The position numbers and the translations under genes are program-made. Below the pieces are notes generated by a model. That model was not told the DNA's origin. It saw nothing but the letters and a program-made list of their open reading frames with translations, and ran no database searches. Shown piece by piece: positions 27,873 through 56,741 of a stretch of DNA of 64,000 nt (position 1 is the first letter of the stretch; the number at the start of each line of letters is the position of its first letter). The DNA lies in the NCBI GenBank assembly GCA_030141605.1, contig JAQGDQ010000370.1:148429-212428 (forward strand), in the 5' to 3' direction. The stretch comes from Tubiluchus corallicola. Its lineage: Eukaryota > Animalia > Priapulida.

Positions 27873-30800
27873 ACTAATAATAATAATAATAATAATAATA
27901 ACAACAACAACAAGAAAAACAACAACAGCAACAACAAAAACAACAACAACGTGGTAGTGAAGCCAGCCATTCTTACTTTCGGGCACGCAAAACCATAAAG
28001 TCTTGAAGTCTTGAATAAAATACTTCTAAAAGTCTTTGACGACATACTAGAAGTATTTGGAGTAAATCTACAGCTGACGGCAATGATTAGGCAACGCGGT
28101 GCTGAAGTTATAAATTGTTCACTTGTTTTATCGTGAATATTTTCAACTTTTCAGAATTCGAGAATGCCGAAACATTGCTGATCTCCGAAGTTTTCATGTT
28201 GCTTGAGCACAGGAAGTCGCAGAATGAGGGAGCAGAGGATGAGCAGGAATTATCCGAAGTCTTTCTCAAAACACTCAGCTATACGGAACGATTTAGTAAA
28301 TTTAAGAACAGAGAAACCATCGCTGCCGTACGAAGGTACGTTGTGCCTATTTCCGGACTGTCGATTTTTTGTTTGCTGCAATTGCTAGGTTAACATGTAC
28401 TTTATTGTAGTTCGGCGTCTATTCAGGTTCCGATTCAGATACAAGCCCGATTTAGGCGCGCATTCAAAGGTGCTTAAAACATGCTACAAACTAATTACTA
28501 TTCAGACAAGGTGAAAGTATTAAGAAGACTGAAACATAGTATAGTGCAGGGGTGTGCAAATTATCTGACTAGCCGGGCCACATTAAACTTTCCCGCAATT
28601 CCCGCGGGCCACAGGCAGTTTGATCAAGGAGCCAAGTACAGAAAGGCCAAATAACGATTTTTTTCGCATTTGACCTGCGTACATCATTACTACTACACTC
28701 AAGAAACTATTTTAGGAATTATTAAAATTTATATTACAAACCATATATTTCTACTTTCAGGACAGATAGTGGTAATTTCATTACAATGCATATATTACTA
28801 ATGTGTATCACATAGTCTGTGTAGTACAGTGTTATTAAGCTACAATCGTCTTGTAAGGGTTAATGGCATCCGATCTAGTAGAAAAAACTACCCGCACTAT
28901 CTTTGGGATCGTGGCACGGACTTCAGCTGGATACACTCAATTAATCGCCCAGGCCGCACTTTCATTAGGTTGACAAATCTCTTTGCGGGCCGCACAAATT
29001 CTCTCGGCGGGCTGCAAGTGGCCCACGGGCCGCAATTTGCACACCCCTGGTATAGTGGGAGCCTAATGAGGTTCAATGCAAAATTCAAGCACAAAAGGTA
29101 TGAGTAGTTAAATAGACTGCGCAAAGCCCGAGTTTCAAAAATACATTTGCCTTGTGTTGTGCCTCTGCAACCAGTCAGCAGAGGGTCAAAGGTCTTGTAG
29201 GTCAAAGGTCGAAACCAAAAAATAACTATTTCATGCAAAATTTGAGCACAAGGAAAATTTTTGTGGCAGCCTGTAGAGCATGGCTAGTAGTGCTTAGATT
29301 TATGATCAAGATGAAAAATACCAGTCATAAGTAGACACAAGACAAACTTGACCGTGGGTCAGTAGTCATTATTTCACCTTAAATGGAGCAGAAGAAAAAA
29401 ATTTGTGGGAGCTTGTAGCACAGTTGTACATTTTATGGTTTGTGGAGAATATTTGAATATTTGTAATTGTGTGTTACTCTTTTATGCATGTAAATGGTAA
29501 CTACGCGATTGTATTGCATAATACTGTTGAAAATATTTAACTGCAAGCTGTGGCTGAAAAATAAATTATTGTTACCTGATTGTAACTTGACAGTTTTATC
29601 ATTTTAAATAAGAAAGTTAGTTTTAAATAAGCAAGTAATGTTGTTTTTTTTGTGTAGTTCCTCGTCGCAAATTAAGCTGCATAAGTTTGAGATGGCAGCC
29701 ATAGCCAACCTGTGTCCGGAAACGGCTGAAGAAGCCAAAGCACTCATTCCTAGGTAAGTTGATTTAATATTTCGTTTAATAGGCAGTGGCTGAAGCATGA
29801 CATTTGTTGAAAATTCTTGTCATTATTTTGATGTAGAGCTCCTTTGCGAAATCTTAGAGTGAACCACATTGATAATACAGTCAGAGCTCGTTCTAATGCC
29901 AGGTCTAGCACACCACTAAACATGGTGCTATAGCGGGGTTGACAGTAAGACGAGGTTCATTAAATATCAAAGCCCTTCTGCTGTGTAGCTTCTATTTTGT
30001 TTCCTAGTTACTTTTGATACGTGATAAAATAGTATAACGTTCAACGGTGGGTGTAATAGGCATATTTAGAATTTGCGAGAGGGCCGCTGCGTTTTCCCGT
30101 ACCCAACTCCCGATTTTTTCGAAATTCTGACCAAACAGGCTGCAGAAGAAACGTTCTAGTGACACCTGGTGGGACTCTCAAAAGGAGATATATAGCTCTT
30201 TAGAAAGAGGAAGAACAGGGCTACATGATGATGTGGGCTATATTTTAGGATGCTTCCTTCCTGAGGAGCTGTGATGAGTTAATTGGCGGTTCCATTTTGC
30301 ACAATTTTCGCTTGGAAATCTGCTGATGCAAAGCCATTGTTCTGACGTCATCCATTATACTCTGTCTATAACCTTATAACTTTAATTCAGTAAAAGCTAC
30401 TGGCTTTGCATTATGAATGAGGACCATGTAGGATGTTTGCGTATTTTTGATTATGGATGTATTTATGTGCAATTTTTTTGTGCGGCCTTTGCTAGTAATG
30501 TTATTATACCTGCAAGAATGCATGTGTTATATACTGCATTAACAATGCAGGTGTAGTTCTACGGTGATACATTGCCAGGGAAATTTATTTTAAAATTCTG
30601 TGGGAACCCTTAATAAACTGCACAAGATATCAACACAATCACTTAGAGTTTTGTTTATAATAACACCTTGTACATGTGTCACAACGTCTTTTGTAATGTG
30701 TGACACTTATACAATGCAGTGTTCCCTCGCTACTTCGCGGTTCGTTTATCGCGGACTCGCTGTTTCGCGGGTTTTTGCGGCACTCCGCCTAAAGTATTTT

Positions 30801-32332
30801 TGCACATGCGTAGTACGTATTGTACAGTAATGTATAGATTTGATGAATTTTGCATAAAAAATCACAAAATGTATAAAAATATATTAAAAATATTAATTCT
30901 AACATTAAAAGAATATTATAAATCATAAAAAATTACCATTTACAGTAAGTAATGTATTTATTCGGCAAATGAATACACCCCAAAAACGAAATGTAGTACT
31001 TGCGCCCGCTTGAGATGCTACTTACCGACGTGAGATTGTACACAACACACGATTGGTTGATTGATTAATTTAAGTAAAGTTTTTTAAAAGGTACATGTAC
31101 AGTATGTGAAAAGTTATTAAGGGAATGAGAAAGGGCTATGTATAAGAGTGTGGGGATGGTTTATAAAGACTTATAATAATGTATAACTACTAAAATAAGT
31201 ATAGCGTCTACTTTGCGGAAATTCACTTATCACGGGTAGGCCACGGAACACCCGCGATAAGTGAGGGAACGCTGTACATTACAGCCATTACATCAGGTAT
31301 AAAGAATGATCCTTTTGGTAATTTATACTGCAAATGAAATGATGTGATATTCCACCTTCTCCACTAATTTGAAATAAAATCCCAGGGATATGTTTATCCA
31401 GCCTGAGCAGTCTCATTAACATCGTATCGCAAATTGCAGCTGTTAACACACGAGTTGGTCGAATCCTCGTTCATTGCTCGATTACCTAAAACTTAGAACA
31501 TTTGAAGTTTTACTTTCATCACTACGATCGCTTAATTAAAACTGAAAAAATATAAGTTAATCAGTGTGTAAACAGTCTGACACCGCAAATGCAGCATTCA
31601 TGCATTTTAGCGAGGGATAAACGAAGAGCTTGCAATTATTGTTAGTTTTCATACTGTACTCATACGTTAATCATTACTCATTAATTAACCTAGTCATTAT
31701 CCAGTTGGTAGCTAGCTTAAACAACTTGGGAACTTTAAACTCTTTAAATACATGTTTTCTATAAACCCTTTAAATACATGTTTTCTATAAACCCTTTAAA
31801 TACATGTTTTCTATAAACCCTTTAAGTACATTTTTTCTATAAAACCATTTAAATACATTTTTTCTATAAACCCTTTAAATACATTTTTTCTATAAACCCT
31901 TTAAGTACATGTTTTCTATAAACCATTTAAATACATTTTTTCTATAAACCCTTTAAATATATTTTTTCTATAAACCCTTTAAATACATTTTTTCTATAAA
32001 CCCTTTAAGTACGTGTTTTCTATAAACCATTTAAATACATGTTTTCTATAAACCATTTAAATACATTTTTTCTATAAACCCTTTAAATACATTTTTTCTA
32101 TAAACCCTTTAAATACATGTTTTCTATAAACCCTTTCAATACATTTTTTCTATAAACCCTTTCAATACATGTTTTCTAATGTCTGTGTATCTCGTCAAAC
32201 GTTTTGGCAATCTTTTTCCGCAAATTTCACAATCATCTTCGTTTGCTTTTCAGTTTGGAAGGTCGATTTGAAGATGAAAGTCTCCAGCAGTACCTTGACG
32301 ACATTCAGACTAAGAGGAGCTTTCAGTACTGA
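25139..32332 (+). CDS. POLR2D: DNA-directed RNA polymerase II subunit RPB4, ~140 aa, 4 coding exons
   Basis: Exons 25139-25205 ([22 protein letters not shown]), 28155-28335 ([21 protein letters not shown]...[14 protein letters not shown]), 29658-29753 ([25 protein letters not shown]), 32254-32332 ([26 protein letters not shown]). 423 nt in total and recognisably metazoan RPB4. Confidence 0.95.
25748..26930. repeat. 30-bp minisatellite (~39 units) in RPB4 intron 1
   Basis: Unit aatagcatcaatattgtgggtacaatatac, with internal hairpin atattgt-gggt-acaatat. Confidence 0.97.
27705..27950. repeat. Compound (ACT)n/(AAT)n/(AAC)n microsatellite
   Basis: Seen directly. Confidence 0.93.
28547..29049 (+). 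mobile_element. hAT (Charlie-like) MITE family 2
   Basis: TIRs and a perfect 8-bp TSD gtatagtg on both sides. Confidence 0.92.
30717..31274. mobile_element. Tigger-like MITE
   Basis: cagtgttccctcgctacttcgcgg ... ccgcgataagtgagggaacgctg|TA. Confidence 0.82.
31743..32178. repeat. 26-bp minisatellite (~17 units) in RPB4 intron 3
   Basis: Unit tttaaatacatgttttctataaaccc. Confidence 0.95.
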
Positions 32333-33572
32333 AGCAAAAATGCTAAAGTTTGATTCCCATTGTAACTGTAATGTATTTTAATGCAGGTGGCGCCACTGAA
32401 GACTTGTTTGCTTCTCAATTCTGCCAGTAACAATTGCAGTGCAGTAAGAGTAAATGTGTGTAATTTTGTTTGCATGGGTGTAGCGCCATCTGTAGGTGAA
32501 ATGTGGGACTCGTTCGAAATGTGTAAATTTTGCAATGATGTCGGCGCGTGCGTGGACTCGAATCTACTAAGTTTGGAAACATGGTGCCCTCGTGGTTTCT
32601 GCTGAAAGAGAAGCAAAGTGTGGTCTAGCTTACACGCGATTTCGACACCATCGTTTGGCAGACATGGGATTACGATGTCAGCAACATTTCTGAAGAAGTT
32701 ATGCGTTATTTGTTGCAGATTCGACGTTTTTTAAAGTGGGCCAACTAGTTTATAATAACAACATTTTGAATTGTTCGATGCACCAAGCAGGTCCGGAACT
32801 AGATGTGGCAAGCAGGGGGGGAGAGGCGCAAAAATTTTCTGGGGGGGGAGGTATCCGAAGTGGTTAAATAATGGTTAAGCCAATTTTAACCCCTTTTATA
32901 CTGCATGCAGGCCTATAATTAGCATATGTGTAGGACAGCGTAGCGGACAAAGCAATAATGAGAAAATTAACTCTCAGTTAACCTAACGTTATTAATGTGC
33001 CTCTAACTAAATTGTTATTTACACAAATTCATCATACACAAGTTTTAAGAAAATAATCCACTGAAGCTACCAAACATTCACAATTCTAATTCATATTGAA
33101 AATGATTACATGCGAACTGCAATTTTCACTGCAAAAAAATTATTTGTCTGATTTTGCAGGGGGGGGGGCGCCCCCCCTGGCACCAAGTGACAGTTCCATA
33201 GGTGAATTTTCGAAACAGAATGGACTATAGACGGAATAGATTAGAAAAATTACATTTATGTCTGCAGAAATGTACAGATTGAGTGTAAATAAACTGTGCT
33301 CACACATGATCTGAAAAGCTTGTGTGCTGAATTATTGAATAGTTCTTTGAAATTTTTTGAATTTTTTTTTTGAAATTTTGGTACCGGATGTGCTCAATTT
33401 GGAAATAACTGGTGATGCTTATATTGGTAAAATTTAAGCAAAGTTTATGAATTTTCTTATTGTAGTTTGCAAGCTATACGAAGCTACATCGTACACTGTA
33501 TCTAAACTCGAATTTGAACAAGTATTATCACTCCAGGTTAGGTATGTGATTTGTTAGTGCACGTGTTCTTAA

Positions 33573-34033
33573 CCCTTTCATACCCGTTGTATCCCATGGG
33601 AATACGAGAATATTTTCTGCCTTTAAGATTAATAAAATTTTAAAACTGACAGTTATTTGATCTGTTAATAGTTATTTTGATTTAAGCCAATAACAATAGA
33701 CTAAAAATGGTGATAAAATGGCAAACTAGAAAATTTACATAGCATAAAAAACTGCGCAAGGTACAGTACTATAGAGACGACTTTGTACTGATCTGCATAG
33801 CGTGCATACTAAATGTCTTAAATACTTTAAAAAATTATCAGCAGTTGCAAAATGAAGCACATTTTACGCTTCCATTGAATCCCAATGTATTCCGTGGGAT
33901 ACAGGTTATATTTACCACACGGGCACAGGTAGAAAAAAATAATTATTATGTGTAAACAAGATGGACATACTGAACAAAAGTACCAAGCGAAAAAAAATTT
34001 TCTTATTAAAAAAATAATTTGGGACTGAAAGGG
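33573..34033. mobile_element. piggyBac-type MITE
   Basis: TTAA|ccctttca ... tgaaaggg|TTAA. Confidence 0.9.
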
Positions 34034-34943
34034 TTAACAGAAAAGACAGTAACTGTTAGTAATTAAATTGCATTATACTATCAATTTGACCAAGCAACGG
34101 CTCAGATTAACAATTTATTCCGTGTGGCTGTATCATTGATCATTGTCCAGTACATTGCATTATACTATCAATTTGACCAAGCAAAAGCCCACAGTAACAA
34201 GTTATTTCATGTGGCTGTATCATTGACCACTGTCCAGTAAGGCCACCTACATTTACAGTCAGCATTATTTTTGTTATTCTCATGATACAAATAACATAAA
34301 GCAACGAATCATTTTTGTGGTCCCACTGTGGTTAGCAATTAATGAAAAATGAATAATTTTTTCTACAGTATGGTGATTAATGAATAATTACATCTCAGTC
34401 TTTTAAGAACTGCGTATTTCATCTCATTTGGAGTGTTTAAGTAAAACAAAAAAAAACTAAAACAGATTTTACTTTGCGTTCCATAGTTTTATACTTCGCA
34501 TTGAAGTCAATTATATATTATAATGTCTAAAACAATATATTACAAAAATATTGTACACTAAAAGTTAAAGTAACAAAAACATATATATATATATATATGA
34601 ATCATCACGTAGCATATGTAGAATCTGCTATAAACTAGAAAAGTATCTAAATCATTAATTACAAAATCCTTTTACGTGATTTGGCAACACGAGGGGTTAC
34701 AACAATATAGTAACTTCCTACGGCAAAGTAAGTTTTTAAACAGCCTAATAACTTTTAATTTTGATTTTGTAAGTGCAAAAAATAAATGATGTTGAAAAGA
34801 GACTGGCTTCCTGACTTCAGTATGTTTACAAAACGGCCGCATCACTTAGAAAAATTGTATTTGCAATCTCGTTTCAGTGGACGATTAGATCGATGTGCGC
34901 TAGTTATAAAAACGGAATGTATGCTCTTTATCTTACAGAAATG

Positions 34944-35304
34944 CAGGGATGAGAATGACAAATTGCAAAAAACTCTGAAACAGGCCGGGGGTTTTGGGGC
35001 CACCTAGGCCCCCAATGGGGTTGAAATTGTAATATTGTGACCACAGAGTAAAAACTGTCTGCAATTGACGCAAATAACTCCGCACAATTGATTCTATATT
35101 TTTATACATAGAGATATACACGTGGTTACACTGATGTACGTGATGTAAACAAAGTGACGGCTTGCCACCTAGCGGTCAGTTTGTGAAATAATGTATTGGC
35201 TCCGTAAACATTTTCTCAACGAATTTACGCGATTTATAAAAATGGCACTACTGGTATTCCAAAAACTCGGAATTCCGCATATCCGCGCAAAATTCTCATC
35301 CCTG
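34944..35304 (-). mobile_element. hAT-type MITE family 1, internally deleted
   Basis: TIRs; 8-bp TSD cagaaatg / cacaaatg. Confidence 0.88.
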
Positions 35305-36140
35305 CACAAATGTATAAGATTTATAGATAAACGCACTTTGCCTGGCAAAAGATAGAGTTATGTATTTACTTAACAGGCTAAAAAAGCTGGCAGTGCCTAA
35401 AGAGTTATGCTAGTATAACTTTAAAAATGATGAAACCGGACTGTTGTCCTAAACGCACGACACCAATAAGTAGCAACAACTCTGCCATCTGTGAGCAAAA
35501 ATCTGCAGCTACTTGAGGTAACTAATCTCACACACGGGAGTAACTTCATTTGTACGGACAAAAATATCACGCAAATCAAAATAGCTAATGAGAAATCTAG
35601 CATTTTCCGATTTTCACACGACTAAAATTGCACACATAATTTGACAAAGCAAACAAATATATTAAAAACACTATCAACAAAAACGTTTTCTAATAAAACA
35701 ACAAAAAATATGAGATGAGCTGGAGCTCAGAAGTATGACAATTGCACAGCTGTTTGTTTAGCGTCGTTTAGCACCAAAGTCGACGGTGTGCGCTATTCTA
35801 AGACAGCGTCTCACTCTCGACACAAGTGTGATTACATCTCACCGATACAAAGACTATTAACACCTGAAAAGACTAACTACAAAAATGAACATCTCGAATC
35901 CCCTAGCAGTTTACATAGAACAGCTGGGATTTGCTCATATTCTCAGACCAAAGCTCTGATTGGCTATTTAGGACTGAAACAAATACAGCATTTCAGTTCA
36001 AATAAAGAAAACTGGTTATCAAATCTCTCTATCTAGAAGATATAAAAGTGACCTGTATAAATGTGGAATTGCACTTTCATTTCTATTGCGTCAATTTTGC
36101 AACATTTATAACTAGTAAGTCATAATAAGAGACCACCATC

Positions 36141-52850
<16,710 letters not shown>

Positions 52851-54980
52851 GTTTAAAACTCTTTCATCTATTTGAACTCAAACGCTACCTGAAACCAGAA
52901 ACAAAACTGCTCGTCAGCACAAGTATCTGATTTGCAATGAAACACAACACCGAGCCAGGCACATAAGATTAGAGTTTGCTAAGGCAGCTACCAGTGCAAC
53001 AAACACAATAGATTCAAGAAAAGCAGATGAAATATGTAAAGGAAGTTAGAGTAGAAACAGATTTACAAGAATAAACTGCATATAACATTCAACAACCATA
53101 GCCACTGAACTAAGCATAAGAGTTTAATCTTTTTGTTAGAATGTGTGTTGATGTCATAATATAATACTTAATTTATTTACAGTTGAATGGTCATTGTCTA
53201 AAACAGATAGTATAAGCTGACGGTTTTTCTAGTTGTTAAATTTGGTCTCCTTTGCTTCAGTCTGACGTCAAGGGTGAAACAAAAAGTTCAAGACAGGTGT
53301 GTGTGCATATGTTATGCCGCTGATCTATGTATGTACTCCAACAGCGAAGAGAAATAGCTTATTTATATGAGGTATATATAAGTACCTGCATGGAGATAAT
53401 AGTGCGAGAAACTATTCAAAGTTGCATCTTTACAGTCGGCGCCATCTAGCAGAGGTATAGTGAGGAAGCGAAACAAGATCGTCTGTACAAGAAAACATTC
53501 AAAAACTTATTAAAACCGCGTGCAGGAACAGATTTATAATTTTAAGTGAAATTATGAAGGTGTTACATTTATAAAATTCAACATCAATTCAGTTTATCAC
53601 AAACCAACACATCTGACCCGTACGCCATACCACCATTGACCTTGCTTCCTCACCATACCATGACAACTGCCGATAAGCGGCACTTCCACTTGAGAGACAA
53701 CTTTAAATAGATAACATAAATGGAAAATGCGAGACAGAAAACGTGATAAAACAATTAATAGAGGTTAACAAGAGAGACAACTATGGGCAGAAAGCCTACT
53801 TATAGGCTTTCATAGTCACTCCAAGAAACTATTCAAACCATACGCAAGAACTAACTGTAAGAGGTTGTTGTTTTTTCATCGAGTAAAAGACACGTTGAAT
53901 AGTTTACCAGAGAGTGTTGTCAATACACCAAATTTAAACCTTTTAAGGAGAGATTGGGGCTTCGAGACAGCTATAGTTTGGGAAGCCAATATTCTTCATG
54001 AAAGTTAATTTGCGTGCTTGCATAGCAAAATCGCACATAAGTTCGCAATTAATTTTTTCTAGTTATTCACACAACCTGAATTTGCATTTCATGGGATCAT
54101 TTTGATACCAAGCTCATCAATCTACGATATATCTAAGCTAAGATACTCCACGTTGAAGTTGAGGTGCTGGCTACGCACTGAAAAACAATCTTGAGAAAAT
54201 ACCTGTTAGGGTCAGCCATTGTTTTTTGTCGCATTTCCACAAAATGCTTTAGCAACCATACAAATGTTGGTTGCTACGGACTTTGCAAGAGCACATTGAA
54301 GTTATGTTTAAATCCAGTAGATGGGTCTTACTGACAAAAATTTGGGCTTGGCAATAGCAAAAACCCAAAGCAAAATGATTGCTTCCATAAGCTACTATTG
54401 GAGTTTGAAAATAGGAGTTTTTACAATTGCAGTACAAGTTTTTAAACAGAAAAGTGGGTAAGGAGTTATAAAATTAAATTTTTAGTGTTTTTGAACACTT
54501 CCTTGATAATCTAATGCTAGAATACAAAAGTCCAATATATTTAGTGTTGGTTTTTATAAAATACGAAAAACTGACATTCGACCAAATTTTTGGGTCATTC
54601 TACTTTGAAGCATCATAATGTAGTTTTAAGTATGTTGACTTATGGATGGTTCTGGTTTGCAATTACACATATATTAAGCTCAATAAAACGTGTACTAGAA
54701 TTTATGATACAGGCAACAGCCTGCAGTAAGAATGACGATTATTAATATCTGCTATGCTCAAATCATTCATACTATAATCAATTCCAGCCGCTTGCTAGAA
54801 TTTTCTTATTTATTTCATATCAAGAGTATGTCACAGTAACATACATTTTACATACATGTAGGTACTTCATTGCATAATTTTAGTTCAAGTTAATGGGTAT
54901 AATGATTGGAATTAGCATCTATTTATGATTACACTACTGCAGCAACTCAAGAAGAACTTGAGCCTTGAAATTAAAATTAA

Positions 54981-55992
54981 AGGGATATCAATAACACCAA
55001 TTCTGCCATTTTCGTAATGACTAATGATCTTTTTTCTATTATAATATATATGTACTGCAAAGAAAGAAAATAAGTGTGGTGACTTATAGGCCTCATAACC
55101 TGCTGTTCTAATCCATAACCTATAACATAATTCCAGAAAGAGAAATTCCTTATAATTCTACACTTAAATTCAACCAGTCGATTTTTGGTAAATTAAAATC
55201 ACCAACAACTTCGCGCGCAAGCAAGTTAATAACAATAATTGGATTAATAAACTTTCGTCTAGAATGGTCTTACCACTTGACGATAATGTTTTTTGACGTA
55301 CGTGAACGTCATTTTGATTTAGATTTCACTATTACATTATTTCCCAATCACAACAGTAAGCGGCCATGTAAATCACGGAAAAACACGAGTTAGATTCGGT
55401 AACTTTCGATAACGTTCAGTCGTATTCGTCACGTGTTTTCGTGACATGGTGAAGTGTGAACTTTTACAGCAGAAGTCTGCGTTGCTGCTCTTGGGCTTGT
55501 ATTTATTGTATTGTATTGTTCATCCTTTGAAATTTAGGCCTATTATGCATTGTAATAAGTTTTTACCTCACAGTGGCTTAAGTTAGCGGCCGTAAGCTGT
55601 GCCAATGTAATTTTATTACTTTAGTAAATATGTAGTTTTTCTGTTTTACAAAATTCAGCTAGTGCGCTACAATCAGAGCGAGATGCGTCTTAGTTCATCT
55701 GTGGACTTTCAGTATTTAAAAAATTAATAAATGACTTTTAGGCTTCGCAGCAAAGTGCAACATGCATGTAGTAGATAGTGAATGGTGAATTTAGAAGCTA
55801 TCACGATGGCGGTGATTATGATGAATCTATTGAGAGATTAGTAGGAATCTGTTACTATTGCTATTAAATTATCATAGATAATATTATTAACTTTGATTTA
55901 TTGTGGTTTCTTGAACTTTCTTTGCAGTACAAACATATAATAGAAAAGAAGATCATTACGGAAATGGCAGAATTCGTGTTATTGATATCCCT
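54981..55992. mobile_element. Kolobok/T2-like element with ~85-bp inverted ends
   Basis: TTAA|agggatatcaataacac..tctgccatt..gtactgcaaagaaag is inverted at ~55916-55992. The right TSD is not intact. Confidence 0.55.
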
Positions 55993-56741
55993 GAACTTTA
56001 ACTTGATATCATGTCAAAATGAAGAAATTTAAAATCACTTTTGTAACTTACCTTCATGGTGAGTAAACCCTGATTTCCATCTCTTGCACCAATCTCTCAT
56101 CCACTGAGTAGCTATCCAAAAGCACATCCTGGTCCAGTCATTCGTTGTTGGTTTACTCTCCTCCTCCTAATATACCGATGGGTATTAAAATTTGAGGTTT
56201 CTCCCACGCAGTTCTCAATCAAGTTTATCTTTGAAACTGTTGACATTATTTGTACTCACTAATGATTATGGTAATGAGTTCCACAGTATTACTTCGGCTT
56301 GTGAAAAACTATACCGATACTTTTCAGTATTCACCCTACGCTTTAACAGTTTTAACACTGTACCCACGTGTAATGCTTCTATTGAGTGTAAAAAACTGGC
56401 TTGCATTGATGTCAGTGATTAATTTAAAAGTGACCTGTACAGCTTTATATATAGTTTTAGAAATTGCAGTGCAGTTGTGGGCCGTGTCACAATGGTAAGG
56501 CTTACTGGATATATTTATGCAGTGTCCCAGAATTTTTAGTGATTCCAAGTTTTATGTTCATGTTTAATAATTATATGTACTCAACTTTCGTAATATTTGT
56601 AGGTTCGCAGAAAATGCAATGAGGACTTTAGTTCTCTTTAGAGATAACAGTCGTATTTTGTAGTATTTCTAGAGCTAATTTCTTTTTTTATTTCTGCCAG
56701 GGTCTTTGCTGAACCTGCTATAGTCATTTGCTGAACGTATT

